A stretch of DNA of 64,000 bases from the human T2T-CHM13v2.0 reference genome, Homo sapiens. The DNA lies in NCBI RefSeq assembly GCF_009914755.1, contig NC_060926.1; one strand, written 5' to 3'. Made by a program: the position numbers and the translations under genes. The first letter of the stretch is position 1, and each line of letters begins with the position of its first letter. A model generated the notes under the pieces. That model ran no database searches. It was not told the DNA's origin and saw nothing but the letters and a program-made list of their open reading frames with translations. Shown piece after piece: positions 28,766-43,581 of the stretch.

Positions 28766-31146
28766 GAGCGCCGAGCCCGCTGGGTATAAAGGCGCCGCGG
28801 GCAGGCTGCAGGGCAGGCGGCGCGGGAGCAGGCGCGCGTGGCGCGGGGCACGGGCATCCCGGCCGGGGGGAGCCCGCGAGGGCCCCCTGAGGGCGGTGTA
28901 GGGCGCTGGGCGGCAGCCGGGGCGCAGAGTGCGGGGCCCGGAGGAGCCGTGGGGGAGGGGAAAGGGCGCGCGGCCTCGGATGCGCAGACCCTGGGCCGGC
29001 GACTCGGGGACCCTGCTCCCTCTTAGCTAAAAATGACGTCGGCGTTCAGCTCCTCCAACCTCACGTGGACAGGCGAGGGAACCGAGACCCAGAGAGGGCA
29101 GGGGACTTTGGCAAACTCACACAGCCCACCGCAGGCAACTGGAACTGAAACCCAGGACTCCGTCTCTTGCCAGTGAAAGTTATGTTAGGAAGCAGTGAGG
29201 GGTCTAAAGCAGTATGAAAGGCAAAGAGAAAAGGTGATTGTTCCCTCTTGAATGGCCCTTGGAAGCTGAGTATCTGGATTCACCCTCCCTAGGGAATTTC
29301 CCGATTGTCTTGCAGGCTTACACACTCATCAAGATGACAAAAATAATGACAGTAACACTTATGTGGAACTTGACTTTTTCCCAGGTGCTGCTCTAAGCAT
29401 TTACTGTGTTTGTTTTACAGGAAGGAAGACTGTACACAGAGAATAAATAACTTGGCCAAGCCATTCAGCTAGGAAGTTGTAGATCCTAAATTAAGAGTTC
29501 AAGGTCTTAATGGCTACTCTATGCGGCCTCTCATAGTCTTTTCAAGGGTTTTGGAGAAGAATAAAAGATCAGGTATGGCTTCTCCCTCCCCCAGCTCTCT
29601 ATTGTTCCCTAAAGGATTATTCATTCGTTCATTCATTCCTACATCCTCCCATTTATTCCAGTCATCCACAGATGTTTGAGTGGTTACAATGTGCCAGCCT
29701 CCCTTCTAGGTACTGGAGATAAAGTGGGACAAGAGAGGTGAGGTCTGGACCCTTGGCACTTTCACGATAAAATACACAGGTAAACATTTGCCTTTAGGGC
29801 CCCCTGTGATTACTTCCACTCTTGCAGATAAGAGGATAAGGCCTCTTCAGCTTGTTCACAGCAGCTGAAAAGCAAAGCCTCTCTGTCAGTAGAGGTAAAA
29901 GATTAAGAATGCAGAGTCCGATGGGGCATTACCACATGATTATGAATTAATGCAATTTTCCATCTTTTATTTCCAATCCAGGCATTGCTTTTGAACTCAG
30001 TCATCTTTTCCCCCTTGCCCACTAGTTGCTTGTGATACATCAGTATCCTCACTCACCCCCAACTCCAGAGGCTGAAACTAACTCTCCTCCTCCCTCTTCC
30101 AACTGCTGAGGAAGATGAGTCAATGGTGTTACTGGACCCTGTGAACTGATGCTGTGAAGAGAGGCCATTTAACACGGACTACGGGGAATGGTGCCACAGG
30201 GGGCTCAGTGCTGCCCTTCACTCTCAGCATTTTGCTCACTCAGCATTGGTAAGCCACATCAGCCTCGGTGAAGGAAGTCTGGAGAGTTAAGCCTGTGCTT
30301 CATCTCCATGCCAGCACCATGGCACTCATTGTACATTCAGCAAGCCCCAAGGAAGCTGGCAGGAGGCTGGCTGACATCTACGGGACAGGTCAATTTGTTC
30401 TCTGGAGGGCACTCCATGAGACGCAAATATCTTCACACCCTGTGCCCATTTCAAGAGACTCTCTCACATGCCTCCCCCACCTTGACCTCTGTGTCACCAG
30501 TCTTTCAATCTTGTTTTTTCCAAATCCTTAAGGTAGCAGCTGGCCAACACATTAGCCACCACTGATGAGTCAGTGTAGATCTTACATTGGGCCATCTCTT
30601 TTTTCTTGCAAAATAGAAAAGCAGATGTTCTGCTCAAAGTTCTGTTTGTCAGTAAGATTTCCCTTTCTGCTGTGTTTCAGGACATCCCTGGGAGGGACTC
30701 TGATGCAGCAGCCATCTACTTATTGCTAGTGCCAGCTTACTTTGCATAACATTGACTCCTTTCCCTCATCTGTTGCCTAGTTGTAGGAAACTCCTTGTGA
30801 AGCTATAGGTGTGCACTGAGGGAGAGACATTGAGTCAATGGGAGCAGGCATCATAGAGTCTAAGTTTTCTGCTAGTCTGAGTTTCTTGTGCCTTGTGGAC
30901 CTGGTGGGCTTATCTCCTTTATCATATAGATACAATTTTCGCTTAATAATAGCATGCTCCTGCAAATGCCCAATTTTATCATGTGGTAGATTAGGCAACA
31001 CTCAGTTTATTAGGGTAGCTAGGTTGTGCAGTTACTTGATGTTATGGATTGAATTGTGTCCCTCCAAAAGATATATTAGAATCCCAACCTTTAGGACTTC
31101 AGAGTGTGACATTATTTGAATATAGGGTCTTTACAGAGTTAATCAA

Positions 31147-32356
<1,210 letters not shown>

Positions 32357-32513
32357 TCAATTTAAAATGAGGTCACTAGGGTGGGCCCCAATCCAATATG
32401 ACTGATAACTTTATAAAAAGGAGAGATTTGGATACAGAAAGAGACAGAGTGAAAACCATGTGAAGAAACATAGGAAAAGATGGCAGCTACAAGCCAAGGA
32501 GAAGCTTGCAGTG

Positions 32514-34727
32514 TGTATTCATCTGTTCTCATGCTGTTAATAAAGACATACCTGAGACTGGGTAATTTATAAAGGAAAGAAACTTAATTGACTCACACTT
32601 CCACATGCTGGGGATGCCTCACAATCACGCCTGAAGGCGAATGAGGAGTAAAGTCATGTCTTACATGGTGGCAGGCAAGAGAGCTTGTGTAGGGGAACTC
32701 CCCTTTATAAAATCATCAGATCTTGTGAGACTTATTCACTATCACAAGTACAGCACAGGAAAGACCTACCCCCATGATTCAATTACCTCCCACTAGGTCC
32801 CTCCCACAATACATGGGAATCATGGGAGCTATAATTCAAGATGAGATTTGGGTGGGGACACAGCCAAACCATATCATTCCATCCCTGGTCCCTCCCAAAT
32901 CTCATGTCCTCACACTTCAAAACCAATCATGCCATGCTAACAGTCCCCCAAGTCTTAACTCATTTCAGCATTGACTCAAAAGTCCACAGTCCAAAGTTTC
33001 ATCTGAGACAAAGCAAGTCCCTTCTGCCTACGACTCTGTAAAATCACTAGCAAGTTAGTTACTTCCTAGATATAATGGGGTTATAGGTGTTGGGTAAATA
33101 CAACCATTCCAAATGGGAGAAATTGGCCAAAATGAAGGGGCTACAGGTGCCATGCAAATCTGAAATCCAGCAGGTCAGTCAAATCTTAAAGCTCCAAAAT
33201 TATCTCCTTTGACTCCATGTCTCACATCCAAGTCATGCTAATGCAAGAGGTGGGTTGCCATGGTCTTGGGCAGCTCTGCCCCTGTAGTTTTGCAGGGTTC
33301 AGGCCCCCTCCTGGCTGCTTTCACAGGCTGGCGTTGAGTATATGTGGCTTTTCCAGTTACACGGAACAAGCTGTCCCTGGATCTACCATTCTGGGGGCTG
33401 GAGGATGGTGGCCCTCTTCTCACAGCTCCACTAGGCAGTGCCCCAGTGGAGACTCTGTGTGGGGGCTCATATCCCACATTTCCCTTCTGCACTGCCCTAG
33501 TAGAGGTTCTCCATGATGGTTCTGCTCCTATAGTACACCTCTGCTTGGGCATCTGGGAGTTTCCATTCATCCTCTGAAATCTAGGCATAGGTTCCCAAAC
33601 CTCAATTCTTGATTTCTGTGCACCCACATGCCCAACACCACATGTAAGCTGCCAAGGCATGGGGCTTGCTTCTCTGAAGCAATGGCTTGAGCTCTACATT
33701 GGCCCCTTTTAGCCACAGCTGGGACACAGGGCACCAAGTCCTGAGACTGCACAAAGAAGCAAGGCCCTTGGCCTAGCCCATGAAACCATTTTTGCCTCCT
33801 AGGCCTCCTGGCTTGTGATGGAAGGGGCTGCGTGAAGTCCTCTGACTTGCCGTGGAGACATTTTCCCCATTGTTTGGTGATTAACATTTGGCTCCTCATT
33901 TCTGCAGCCAGCTTGAATTTTTCAGAAAATGGGGTTTTCATTTTAATTGCATCATCAGGCTGCAGATTTTCCAAACTTTTATGCTCTGCTTCCCTTTTAA
34001 ACATAAGTTCCAATTCCAAACCATATATTTGTGAATGCATAAAACTGAATGCTTTTAACAGTACCCAAGTCACCTCTTGAATGCTTTGCTGCTTAGAAAT
34101 TTTTGCCAGATACCCTAAAGAATCTCTCTCAAGTTCAAAGTTCCACAAATCTCTAGGGCAGGGGCAAACTGCCACCAGTCTCTTTGCTAAAACATGGCAA
34201 GAGTCACCACTGCTCCAGTTCTTAACAAGTTCCTCATCTGCATGAGACCACCTCAGCCTGGACTTTATTGTCCATATCACTTTGCCTGTTACCAGGTTCC
34301 AAAGTCTCTTCCACATTTTTGGGTATCTTTACAGTAGCACCCCACTCCTGGTACCAGGTTACTGTATTAGTCTGTTCTCACGTTGCTAATAAAGACATAC
34401 CCAAGACTGGATAATTTATAAAGGAAAGAGGCTTAATTGACTCACAGTTCCACATGTCTGGGGAGGCCTCACAATCGTGGCTGAAGACAAATGAGGAGCA
34501 AAGTCACATTTTCCATGGTGGCAGGCAAGAGAGCTTGTGTAGGAGAACTCCCCTTTATAAAACCATCAGATCTCATGAGACTTATTCACCATCATGAGAA
34601 CAGCATGGGAAAGACCTGTACCCCATGATTCAATTACCTCCTACTGGGTCACTCTCACACCATATGGGAATTATGGGAGCTATAATTCAAGATGAGATTT
34701 GGGTGAGGACACAGCCAAACCATATTA
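32514..34727 (-). mobile_element. Full-length THE1 (MaLR) provirus: 5' LTR 34363-34727, internal 32877-34362, 3' LTR 32514-32876
   Basis: Two ~365 bp direct-repeat LTRs starting T(G/A)ATATGGTTTGGCTGTGTCC on the minus strand; 5-bp TSD CAGTG (32509-32513 and 34728-34732); decayed internal ORF 33567-34316. Confidence 0.93.
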
Positions 34728-36049
34728 CAGTGGATCTTTCTTTGTCTCATAGTCCTCAGGAGGAACCAATCCTGTGATGTATTGATTTTGGACTTATAGC
34801 TCCTAGAACTGAGAGATAATAAATTTCTGTTGTTTCAGCCACCCAGTTTGTGGTACTTTGTTATAGCAGCCCTAGTGAATGAATGAATATACTTGATCCA
34901 TGATCATGCTTTCAGTCTCTACAGGATCCCAGTAGCAAGAGAGATGCCACTTTTTAAGTAGTGAATTGTCACTGGTTATTGTAGGCAGCCTCCAAGATGG
35001 CCCCTAAAGTTTTGGAAGTAATTTATTATGCAACAGTAGATAACTAATAAATTGGCAAAGAGTATATGACTTTTCTCTAAGAGTCATATATCTTCTGTGA
35101 TTCTCTCACTGGGGCTTGCCAGAGGCTTCATACAGTGTCTCCGGCTGCCACATACATTTTAAATAAGTATTGTGCTTGTTAGGTCATAAGATCCAAGTAC
35201 AACTTGCACAATAGCCTAAACATGCAGAGCCTTCTTTTGCTTCAGGATCCATTCAAAACAGGCAGCCTTTAAAGTTACTGAGTAAATGATTGGAGAAGTA
35301 TAGCCAAGCATAGTATATGGTGTCTCAAAAATCCAAAGAGTTCTGGCAAATAGTGCTCCTCTTCATGGTGGATGTACAAGGTGTAGTGACTTGTCTTTCA
35401 CATTAGAAAGGATACCTTGACATGTTCCAGACCACTGAATCCCTTGAAACTCTGCAAATTTTCCACGGATTTTATTCTCTACCCTGTGTCCACATTTGTC
35501 TTACTAAAGCATGTAAGGAACTTGCTACTTCTTGTTCATCAAGTCCATGTAGCATAGTTATCAATGCAGTGGACTAATGTGGGTCTGTGGGATGGCAAGA
35601 TGCTCAAGGTCTTGGGAGATTTTAATATGACAGAAAGCAAGACTTGACATATCCCTGGAGTAAGATAGTGAAAATACACTGCTGTTCCTTCCAGGTGAAG
35701 GCAAAGTATTTTAGATACTTCTTACTAATTTGACTCAAGGAAAAAAGTGTTTGCAGGTGAACAGCTCAGATGTCCATGTTGTTTGATTCAGTAAAGTTAA
35801 ACATCTGAAATGGCAACTGAGTTATTTTCCATAATCCATCCTAGTTTTGCACAAGCTAAATGGGAAAGTTAATTAAGTATGGGATGGGGGAAATAGCACC
35901 TCTGCATCTTTCAGATTTTTACGTAGTGGCACTAATTTCTGCACTTAGAGATGCAGTATTACTTTTAGTTTTCCATATTGTTGTGCAGGGACAGTACCAG
36001 GGTCTTCCACTTGGTCTTTCCTATCTACCTTAATGTCCCTTCCTGGGTC

Positions 36050-36285
36050 AGGGGATAAATGAGCAAAGAAATGTAGGCAGGCTCTAAGAGCTGGGAAAAG
36101 CAAAGAAATAGATTCTCCCCTAGAGCCTCCAGAAGGAACAGAGCCTTGATGATGCCTTGATTTTATCCCAGGAAGACCTATTTCAGACTCTGACTTCTAG
36201 AGCTGTAAGTTAATAGATTTATGTTGTTTTAAGCCACTCAGTTTATGGTAACTTGTTACTGTAGCAGATGGAAACTTAACATAAA
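36050..36285 (+). mobile_element. MLT1 LTR 3' fragment
   Basis: GATTCTCCCCTAGAGCCTCCAGAAGGAAC...TTGTTTTAAGCCACT. Confidence 0.75.
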
Positions 36286-38548
36286 GCAGGACAACAGTGA
36301 TCTTTTTAACTCCATCAAAATTGGCATAAACCCAGGGCCCATATTTAATAACTCCAGGGAGGTCTGAGAATGTCCCTTTTCATGGGGCATTTTCAAACTT
36401 GGCTATAAGTCACATGTCAGGTGTGTACTGTGACAGCATTTCAGAGTCCCTCCTGAAAAAGATCTGACCTCCATTTCAAACAAGGTTTTCTGGGTCTATT
36501 AACTGCTTTGAGTCTGAGAACTTGATGAGAGTCCATTTATTACTACTATGAAAACTTAAGTCAAATTTCTGCCCATTACACCTAGAATTCTTTTGATCAT
36601 TTAAATCAAGCTATAATTTAGAATGCTACCTATTGACTTCATTCTTAAGTATCTCGTGATAAATGAGCCACCACCATAGAAGTCAAAAGCCCTGATTATC
36701 ATATTGTTCCTGCCACTGTTTATGGCAATATCCCCTTTTGAGAACCTGAGTCCTGGAGTTGGGGTTACCTAGGGTGAACTGTAGCCTTGGAGGGATACAG
36801 CCACTGCCAGATTGCAGCACAATAAAGCAGATAAAAAGCTTAAGGAGTAAATACCTCAGTCTCTTTCTCTTCTCTCCCTTCAGTATCTTGCTCGTTCCTC
36901 CCATCTGTTGAGCCCAATAAAGACAGAGGGCTAAGGAGCCTGGCTAATAGCAAATGTATATTCAGGGATCAACCTGCAAGGCTGTGCAATGCAGGGAAGA
37001 GAAGGGTGGAGAATGGATAGAGGGAGGGGGAACTTGAAAAAGAGCCACATAACCAGGCAACTCCATATAGTACTTATTATTTGCTAAACTATCTCCTTAT
37101 GGAGACTGGAAACATTCCCTTTATTCCTTTATCTTCTCATCCATCATTCTCTCCAGTGCCTAGTAAAGTGCCTTAAATATATTAGCAGTCAGTAACTGTT
37201 GGTTAAATAAATTAAAAAATGAAATGATAACTGAAGAAAAGTTAAGATCAAATCTTTCTCTGTGTTCTTGGGGGCTGCAACTAGAAGACAGAAAGAAATA
37301 GGATCTCATATGTGGAGAGATGGCAGGGTGGAGGGTGGGGAGGTGAGGAGTGGTGGGGAACAGGGATGGAAAGGAACAGATTTACTTCTTGCCCTCAGTT
37401 CTGAAGGTTATGTAAAGGACAATACAAGGGTACTTATTTGTTCCTTTGATCAGTGGACATTTGCCCTCCACCTAATCAGAGAACGCTGCTCTACCTGTGT
37501 GGGAATGACTTCCTGCTGCCTTAGTGCCAAACCCCACATTTCATATCCTTTGGACTGAAGATCAAGTCTCACATCTTCCAGGTTATCTTCACCGTCTGTT
37601 TCTGTTTTATTTTCTCTTTTCCCTACCAACCATACTTGAGAAGATTACCCTGCTTGTGTTCCAGGTTGAACCAACCTTTAACAAAATTTATTTCTACAAA
37701 GAGATACGTATTAATAGATGACAACTAGCTGGCTAGATCATCCTATGGATTTTGATAGATGAAAGGAAGTTTCAGGCCCAAGGGATAACACACATAAGGG
37801 CTTGAGTAAGAAAGCTGGAAGATCTTTAGGGAATATGTATTACTTGCATTTTGCCAGGATATAGAGTATTCCAGAAAGTATTGGGAAATGAAAGTTGGTC
37901 ATGAACATATTCTTGTCTTAAGTTCAATATTCAGTATATACCAAGGAGCCACTAAAATTTTACCTGGGAAAGAAACCCAATCAGACTTATACTTCAGATT
38001 TAAAAAAAAAAAGGCAATAGTGTCTGTTGGATGGAATGAGAAAGGGAAGAACTTAAACTGGGGGGAGAGTCAGTAAACTCTTGGTCTTAGAAAATTAATT
38101 GGGTAAGTGCCTCTCTGCAAAGTTTGTTGTACAAGCATGTAAACCATGCTTATTTATTCTTGTTAAAATATAACTCTAAAAACTTTTTCTCAGCTATGGT
38201 CATGGTGCTTTCCTTGCCCCAATTATCAGTAATACCAAATGAGGGATTGTTCTAGCACTCAGCACTCCGTAAAGGAGTGCTTTTTCTACCTTTCAGACTA
38301 GAACCAACCCAAGGGGTAAGGGCACTTTTGTGCTCCTCTTTGGATGGTATCCTTTGGATATTCTGTGGGTTTTTTAATTTGAAGAATTTGCTTATATTAG
38401 CCCCTGACTTAAGAAAAAAAATATGACTTAATGAAGAGAACGTGTTTGAAACCCATGGAGCCTGATTCTCACAAAGTGTCTGTAGCTACAATGATGTCTC
38501 CTCCTTAGTGTTCTCCAAGCTGTGAACATGGGCTAGATGTGGTGGCAG

Positions 38549-41500
38549 GGTAGGGGAGCCAGAGATCACCTCCAACCCCCCTGTAGCTCTTATGTAGCTC
38601 TTCTAGATTCAGCCATAGAGCTGAATCTAGAAACCAAATTGATATCAGGCAGATTAACAAGAGAAAAGTAAACAGATGTTATTGGTTTTTCATGTACATG
38701 GGGATCTTCATAAGAGACTGAAGTCTGAAGTGGCCAAAGCAAGATACTTTCATACTTTTTAGACAAAGAATGACAAATCTGAGAAGAAATCACAGGACAA
38801 AGGGAATCTGACTAAGAGCAGTACATTTCTAGGGGAGTCACTAGGAGATACATGAGGGTAGGGTGTAAACCTACTGGAAGATAAGGACTACTTCATTAAG
38901 TATGTTTATTCAGGTTCATTGCAGCCTCCTATCACCAGTCTCTGTTGACAAGGGCTATTTTCTTGCTCCAGTAAGAAAATATTCCTCCCACAGTAAGAAA
39001 TATTTCTATTTTCTTGCTCCAACAAGAAATATTCTTCCCAGAGGAATCTATGGCTTGCCACAAGCAGGAAAAGACAGGCCAACTAACCCTTACTGAGGCT
39101 ACAATTCTCCCAATGCTTTCAACTTGAAATAATCAATATACCAATTTGGCATATTTTGGGATGCCATGTCTTTCATTCCTTCATTTCCCCTGTCTGAAAC
39201 TTCACTAGACGTTTCCAGCATTAAAAGCTGAGGTGGTGGCTGTGGAAAGAAATGACAAGTTAGTAACTGTGTCATAAAGGATTTGCAAACCAGGAAACAA
39301 CCAATCTAAACATTGTTCCCCACACTCCATTAAACCAGCCTCCTAATCCTGGGAAAAGTTCTATCCAATAAAATGGTTTAGCCTTATTTATTTGGTGAAG
39401 AATATTTGTCTTGTCTTTTAAATGGTGCAGATTAGGCTCTATTTGTCCCCAAGGATTTACATAGAAGCACTGTTCTTCTCCAGTGTTTGTCAATGCATCC
39501 AGGACGTGGGGATTCTGAAATATAGCTGTGACTAAATGTCAGCTTCTGACTGGAGTGCTTTCAGTGCTTTCATAGAAATGTTGAGCTCTCATTCTATAAC
39601 TATGGAAAGATTTAGAATTGCTTTTTTAATCTCATAAACTCCAATGCTTGGGAAAAAAGCTCTCAATATTGAAAAGAACTTGGAGTTGTGATATAAAAGT
39701 GAGTTTTGAATAGTACATCTAGTATGTTTGTATGGTACCACTTTATAAAACAAAAGAGCCCAAGTTTGTAATTTGGGTAGCATTTACAGTAGGGTACCTG
39801 GAGACAGAGGTGTTAAATATCTGAGTCCACATTGCCTGGGCTATCTAGGTGGGAATTGTTTATATACCTTGTTACCACACAAGAAAAAAGGCCAGTATTT
39901 TTCACAAATAAGGTCAGAGTGGAATATGTGACACCACAGGTTGGGGTTTATTGCACTTTGTCTTCTAGCATATTGACATCTGCTCATCTCCATCCTCCAT
40001 GAATTCTGTCAGTCCATAGGAATGCAAAAGGTTGTGAAATATCTGATATAGGAGGCCGTTAGTTCAGTTTGGGCAGATATAAGGCTTAAATTTATTAAGC
40101 CAAGTCAGTCTAGAATTTTGATCAATCTATTTGTAATCTTTGGTGTCTGCTAGCCTAATGAGTTTTCCCAAGTTACACAAGGCTGACTCTGGAAGTTTAT
40201 ATAACATCTGGTGATTTGGCAAGTGTTTGTACCATAAGAGTCAGTGTCAGAACTGCTTATGACCTTCGTGAAAGGCTTAAGGGTGCCATGGGTGGAATCA
40301 AACCACAGGCTTTGACTGCAATGCCTCATTGATATGTTACTTAAGAAAAGTCCAGCATTATCTCTGCTTATACTGGAGAGGGAAAAATTCCTTTCTAATG
40401 ACTTTACTAGAGCAAGGACAGTCTTCGAGCTCTTACAGAGATTCCTCTGTGTCCAACTGACTCACTGAATGGAAAAATAATGTGTTGTTGTTGTCTAGGT
40501 GGTGAATGCCATACCTTGACATACATTCATTCTCCAAACTTGATCCACTGGACACTTGCATTGGCAGGGACAAAAATAAGTTCAGGGTTTTTCTTTGCAT
40601 AATCTAGATGTTGACATAATCAATAGTCAGATTGATTAATTATCAGAGCCAGGGTTTGGAAGACTGGTACAAAGGGATGCTGAGTCTATGCCTGACCCGT
40701 TGGAAAAATAGTGAGGGCTAATCAGAGCGGACACAGTTTGAAGAAAGGTCATAGTGGAGGAGCAGAGGGAGAATAGTTAGAGGGAGACAATCTTCAGTCA
40801 CCTTTTAAAGTAGGCTACCAACAAATGGGGATGGGAAGCATTTGTCACCAAAAAAGAGATTTTTGTATGTTTGCTTGTTTGTTTGTTTTCAGGAAGAGTA
40901 TTAGGGAGACCTAAAAGGGGGAGAAAATAGGTGGAAGTAAAATTTCTTCGTCCCTGGTCTTGGGAAAAGCTCTCTACTTTGAAAAAATGCCATCTGCTTC
41001 TGGGGCCAGGGAATTAGCCCTGGTAATCCTTATTTTAAGGTCACCTGTAGGGGTGATCTTTCAATTGACTTGGAAATGCTGATCAGGATCTAGTTTGGTG
41101 TTGCTTGTGTGAACCCAGGAGGGTTTTTCTTTTAATGGCAGCATAGATATTCAGCTGTACTTCATAAGGGCCTTCCCAGTGAAATGACAGTGTGTGCTTT
41201 TCTCTAAAAATGTTGATGGACTCACAGTCTCCTGGTTGAAAAGGATAGCAAGGCTTGTCAGTTGGCAGAGGCCACATCCTTTTTACCTGATGATGATATG
41301 CTCCAAGTATATCAGTGAGTTCCTGTACATAGCTAGACACAGCATCACATTGTTTACTTAAATCCACATAGAGTCTATTCAACCTAGGAATTGGAAGGTT
41401 TAGAGATGCCAGTAGGCATAGGGTAGCCAAACATTATCTCAAAAGGGGTTAATCCATATCTTCTATTTGGAGTATTTTGCATTTTTATAAGGGCCAGAGG

Positions 41501-42240
41501 TAATGCTTCTGGCAATTTAAGTCCAATTTCTCTAAAAACATTTCCTAAAGTCCATTTAATGTCTAGATTTGCCTTCAGGATTGGGGATAGTATGGGGTAT
41601 GAAATTTTAGTGAATACCTCAGAGTTTTTGCAAGCAAGTGGTTTATCTCTGCTGTAAAATGAGTTCCTTAGTCTGATTCAGTCCATAAAACGATGCCAAA
41701 GCAAGGAATAATCTGTTACTCATTTCTTCACCATTGTTGTGGTGTTAGCATGTCTGGTCCAATAGCATTCAGTCCACCCACTACGCATACAGACAATAAC
41801 CAGAGAGAAAAGCCTAAAGCTGGAAGTGAATCTATAAAGTCTATCTGGAGTTCTGCAAGGGAAGTGTGCACCTTGGAGAACTTGCTCAGTAATGTTGGTT
41901 TCCTCCAGAGATTTGGTGAGAGTTACAAGTAATGCACTAGAAAATAGTGCTCCCAGGGCAACTGTAGATCCCAATTATCTTTTAGAACCTTAATCATCCT
42001 GTATCTGCACATATCTATATGTCCCATCTGATGATCATTAACATCAGCCAAAGATAAAGGCAAGTTTATAAATTGGGTGGAAAAAAGGATTGGGGGCCTG
42101 TTTTTGGCTGCATAGTTAACAGCCTTGTCTGCCCTATCATCTCCTTAAGATACACTATCAGTGTCCTTAGTGTGGGAGGGACAATGAACATTGGCCATTT
42201 TAGTAGGAAGATGAATAGCCTGTCATAAGGCAGCAAGTAT
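38549..42240 (-). mobile_element. Decayed MER34-family ERV1 provirus: RNase H end, integrase, env, PPT and 3' LTR; 5' half absent
   Basis: RNase H VHCPSHTKD..GDDRADKA (~42110-42190); integrase QIDFID, GLTPFEIMFG and WEGPY; env SU/TM remnants; PPT AGGGGAAA abutting an LTR that starts TGAAGG at 39183 with CCCAAAATATGCCA. Confidence 0.85.
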
Positions 42241-43280
42241 ATGTCCATTGGCAGTAGGCGCACCAGCATAGGTTAGCAGTCCACAGGGTGGCCAGGTTGT
42301 GCCAACAGCATGGCAGACTCTGAGAGCATATCTGGAGTCAGCGTGGATATTGGCCGTTTTTCCTTTTGCTGGTGTGCACATCCTTCACTTGTTCAGTAGT
42401 ATGTGTTTATAAGATAGGGATTGGGGTCAGGGATGGAGTGGTGGGGCTGCACTGTAGTTGCCATGATTTAAGGAAAGAAGTAGCAAGGGCCAGTAGCAAG
42501 GACAAGAACAGGGCTGGAGGCAGGCCTCAAACTATACTAAAAAGAGACAGCTAATTTGCCAAGCCAGGGAACATTTACTTTTTCTTGAGGGGTGGATCAC
42601 ATAACCAGAAAACCATATGTAAGAGGACCTCTTAATTTTTATGTGTGCTGATTTGTGAATAACAATAATCAAGGAAAAAAGTTCATGCTTATTATTGGAT
42701 TAGAGTGAAAAATATCTGTCATCCATTTCTTTTTTAAAAAATAGTGGTGAAATACACATAACATTTACCGTCTTAACCATTTTTCAGTGTAAAGTTTTTT
42801 TTAACCAGAGTAATCTAAAGCTTATAATGTAATTTTACTGAATTAAACATAGAACTTAAAATTATTCATCTAGGACTCCCCTTTTTCTTGGCAAGATGGC
42901 AGAGTATGACTTAACTACTCACATCATATCTCTTTTAAACTGGCATTTTGTTTCTGCTGCTTGAATTGCTCTTCATAAAGGAGATATAAGAGGGAAAACA
43001 ATAAATACATGGGAAGTTGGGTCTTCCTAGTGACACCGCATAGTAGCTTTTGCTACAGTGTATGCAAATAATACCTTTATTCTGGTGAGATTCCTCATGC
43101 TTTGAGAGAAGAAATGACAATAGTTGTAGTCCCTCAAATAGAAAAAGAACCAATTGGAAGGATGTTTGGAGAACCAGAAATTACAAGGCAAATGCAGTCC
43201 AATGGGAATGGTCAGATACTGTTTGGCTTCTCGGCTGAAAAATATAATTTTGGGTGGAAGTATTTACATAGGTTCTGCAG

Positions 43281-43444
43281 GCTGTTTCTCAGGGTTTCTT
43301 TCTTTCTTTTTTTTTTTTTTAATTTATTCTCTACACTAACCTCCCTGACCCAAGCATTTTTCAAACTTTTTTCTCCTACTCATCCTCCATGAAATTTTAA
43401 TACCACAGATATACTATATTGTATTTATGTTTATGCACTATCTG

Positions 43445-43490
<46 letters not shown>

Positions 43491-43581
43491 TGTGCTTCAC
43501 TTGTAGGGAGAGTGATGCTTTTGCCCTCAATAACCAATTTTCATTCCTTGGGGGCAATATTGCCCTTATTCAGAATGCATG
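43281..43581. mobile_element. hAT-like MITE with an internal (TA)n microsatellite, inserted in the EIF3E pseudogene
   Basis: Interrupts EIF3E homology; decayed 8-bp TSD TTCTGCAG/CTCTGGAG; (TA)n at ~43448-43487. Confidence 0.55.

Larger units (their letters stand above)
28190..29110. promoter_or_regulatory. DPP4: CpG island / DPP4 promoter and 5' UTR
   Basis: Sharp rise in GC and CpG density spanning exon 1 and intron 1; GC boxes, CRE-like TGACGTCG (29034-29041) and E-box CACGTG (29062-29067). Confidence 0.93.
27890..29810 (+). ncRNA. DPP4-DT: Probable antisense/divergent lncRNA from the DPP4 CpG island; boundaries approximate
   Basis: Locus identity from recall. Sequence shows a plus-strand TATAAA (28785-28790), acceptor-like TTGTTTTACAG ending at 29420, and AATAAA at 29442 and 29560. 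Transcription cannot be proven from sequence. Confidence 0.4.

Noticed and set aside
33567-34316. 249-aa ORF, the longest in the window
   Set aside because: Remnant of the THE1 internal ORF with frameshifts; typical MaLR fossil.
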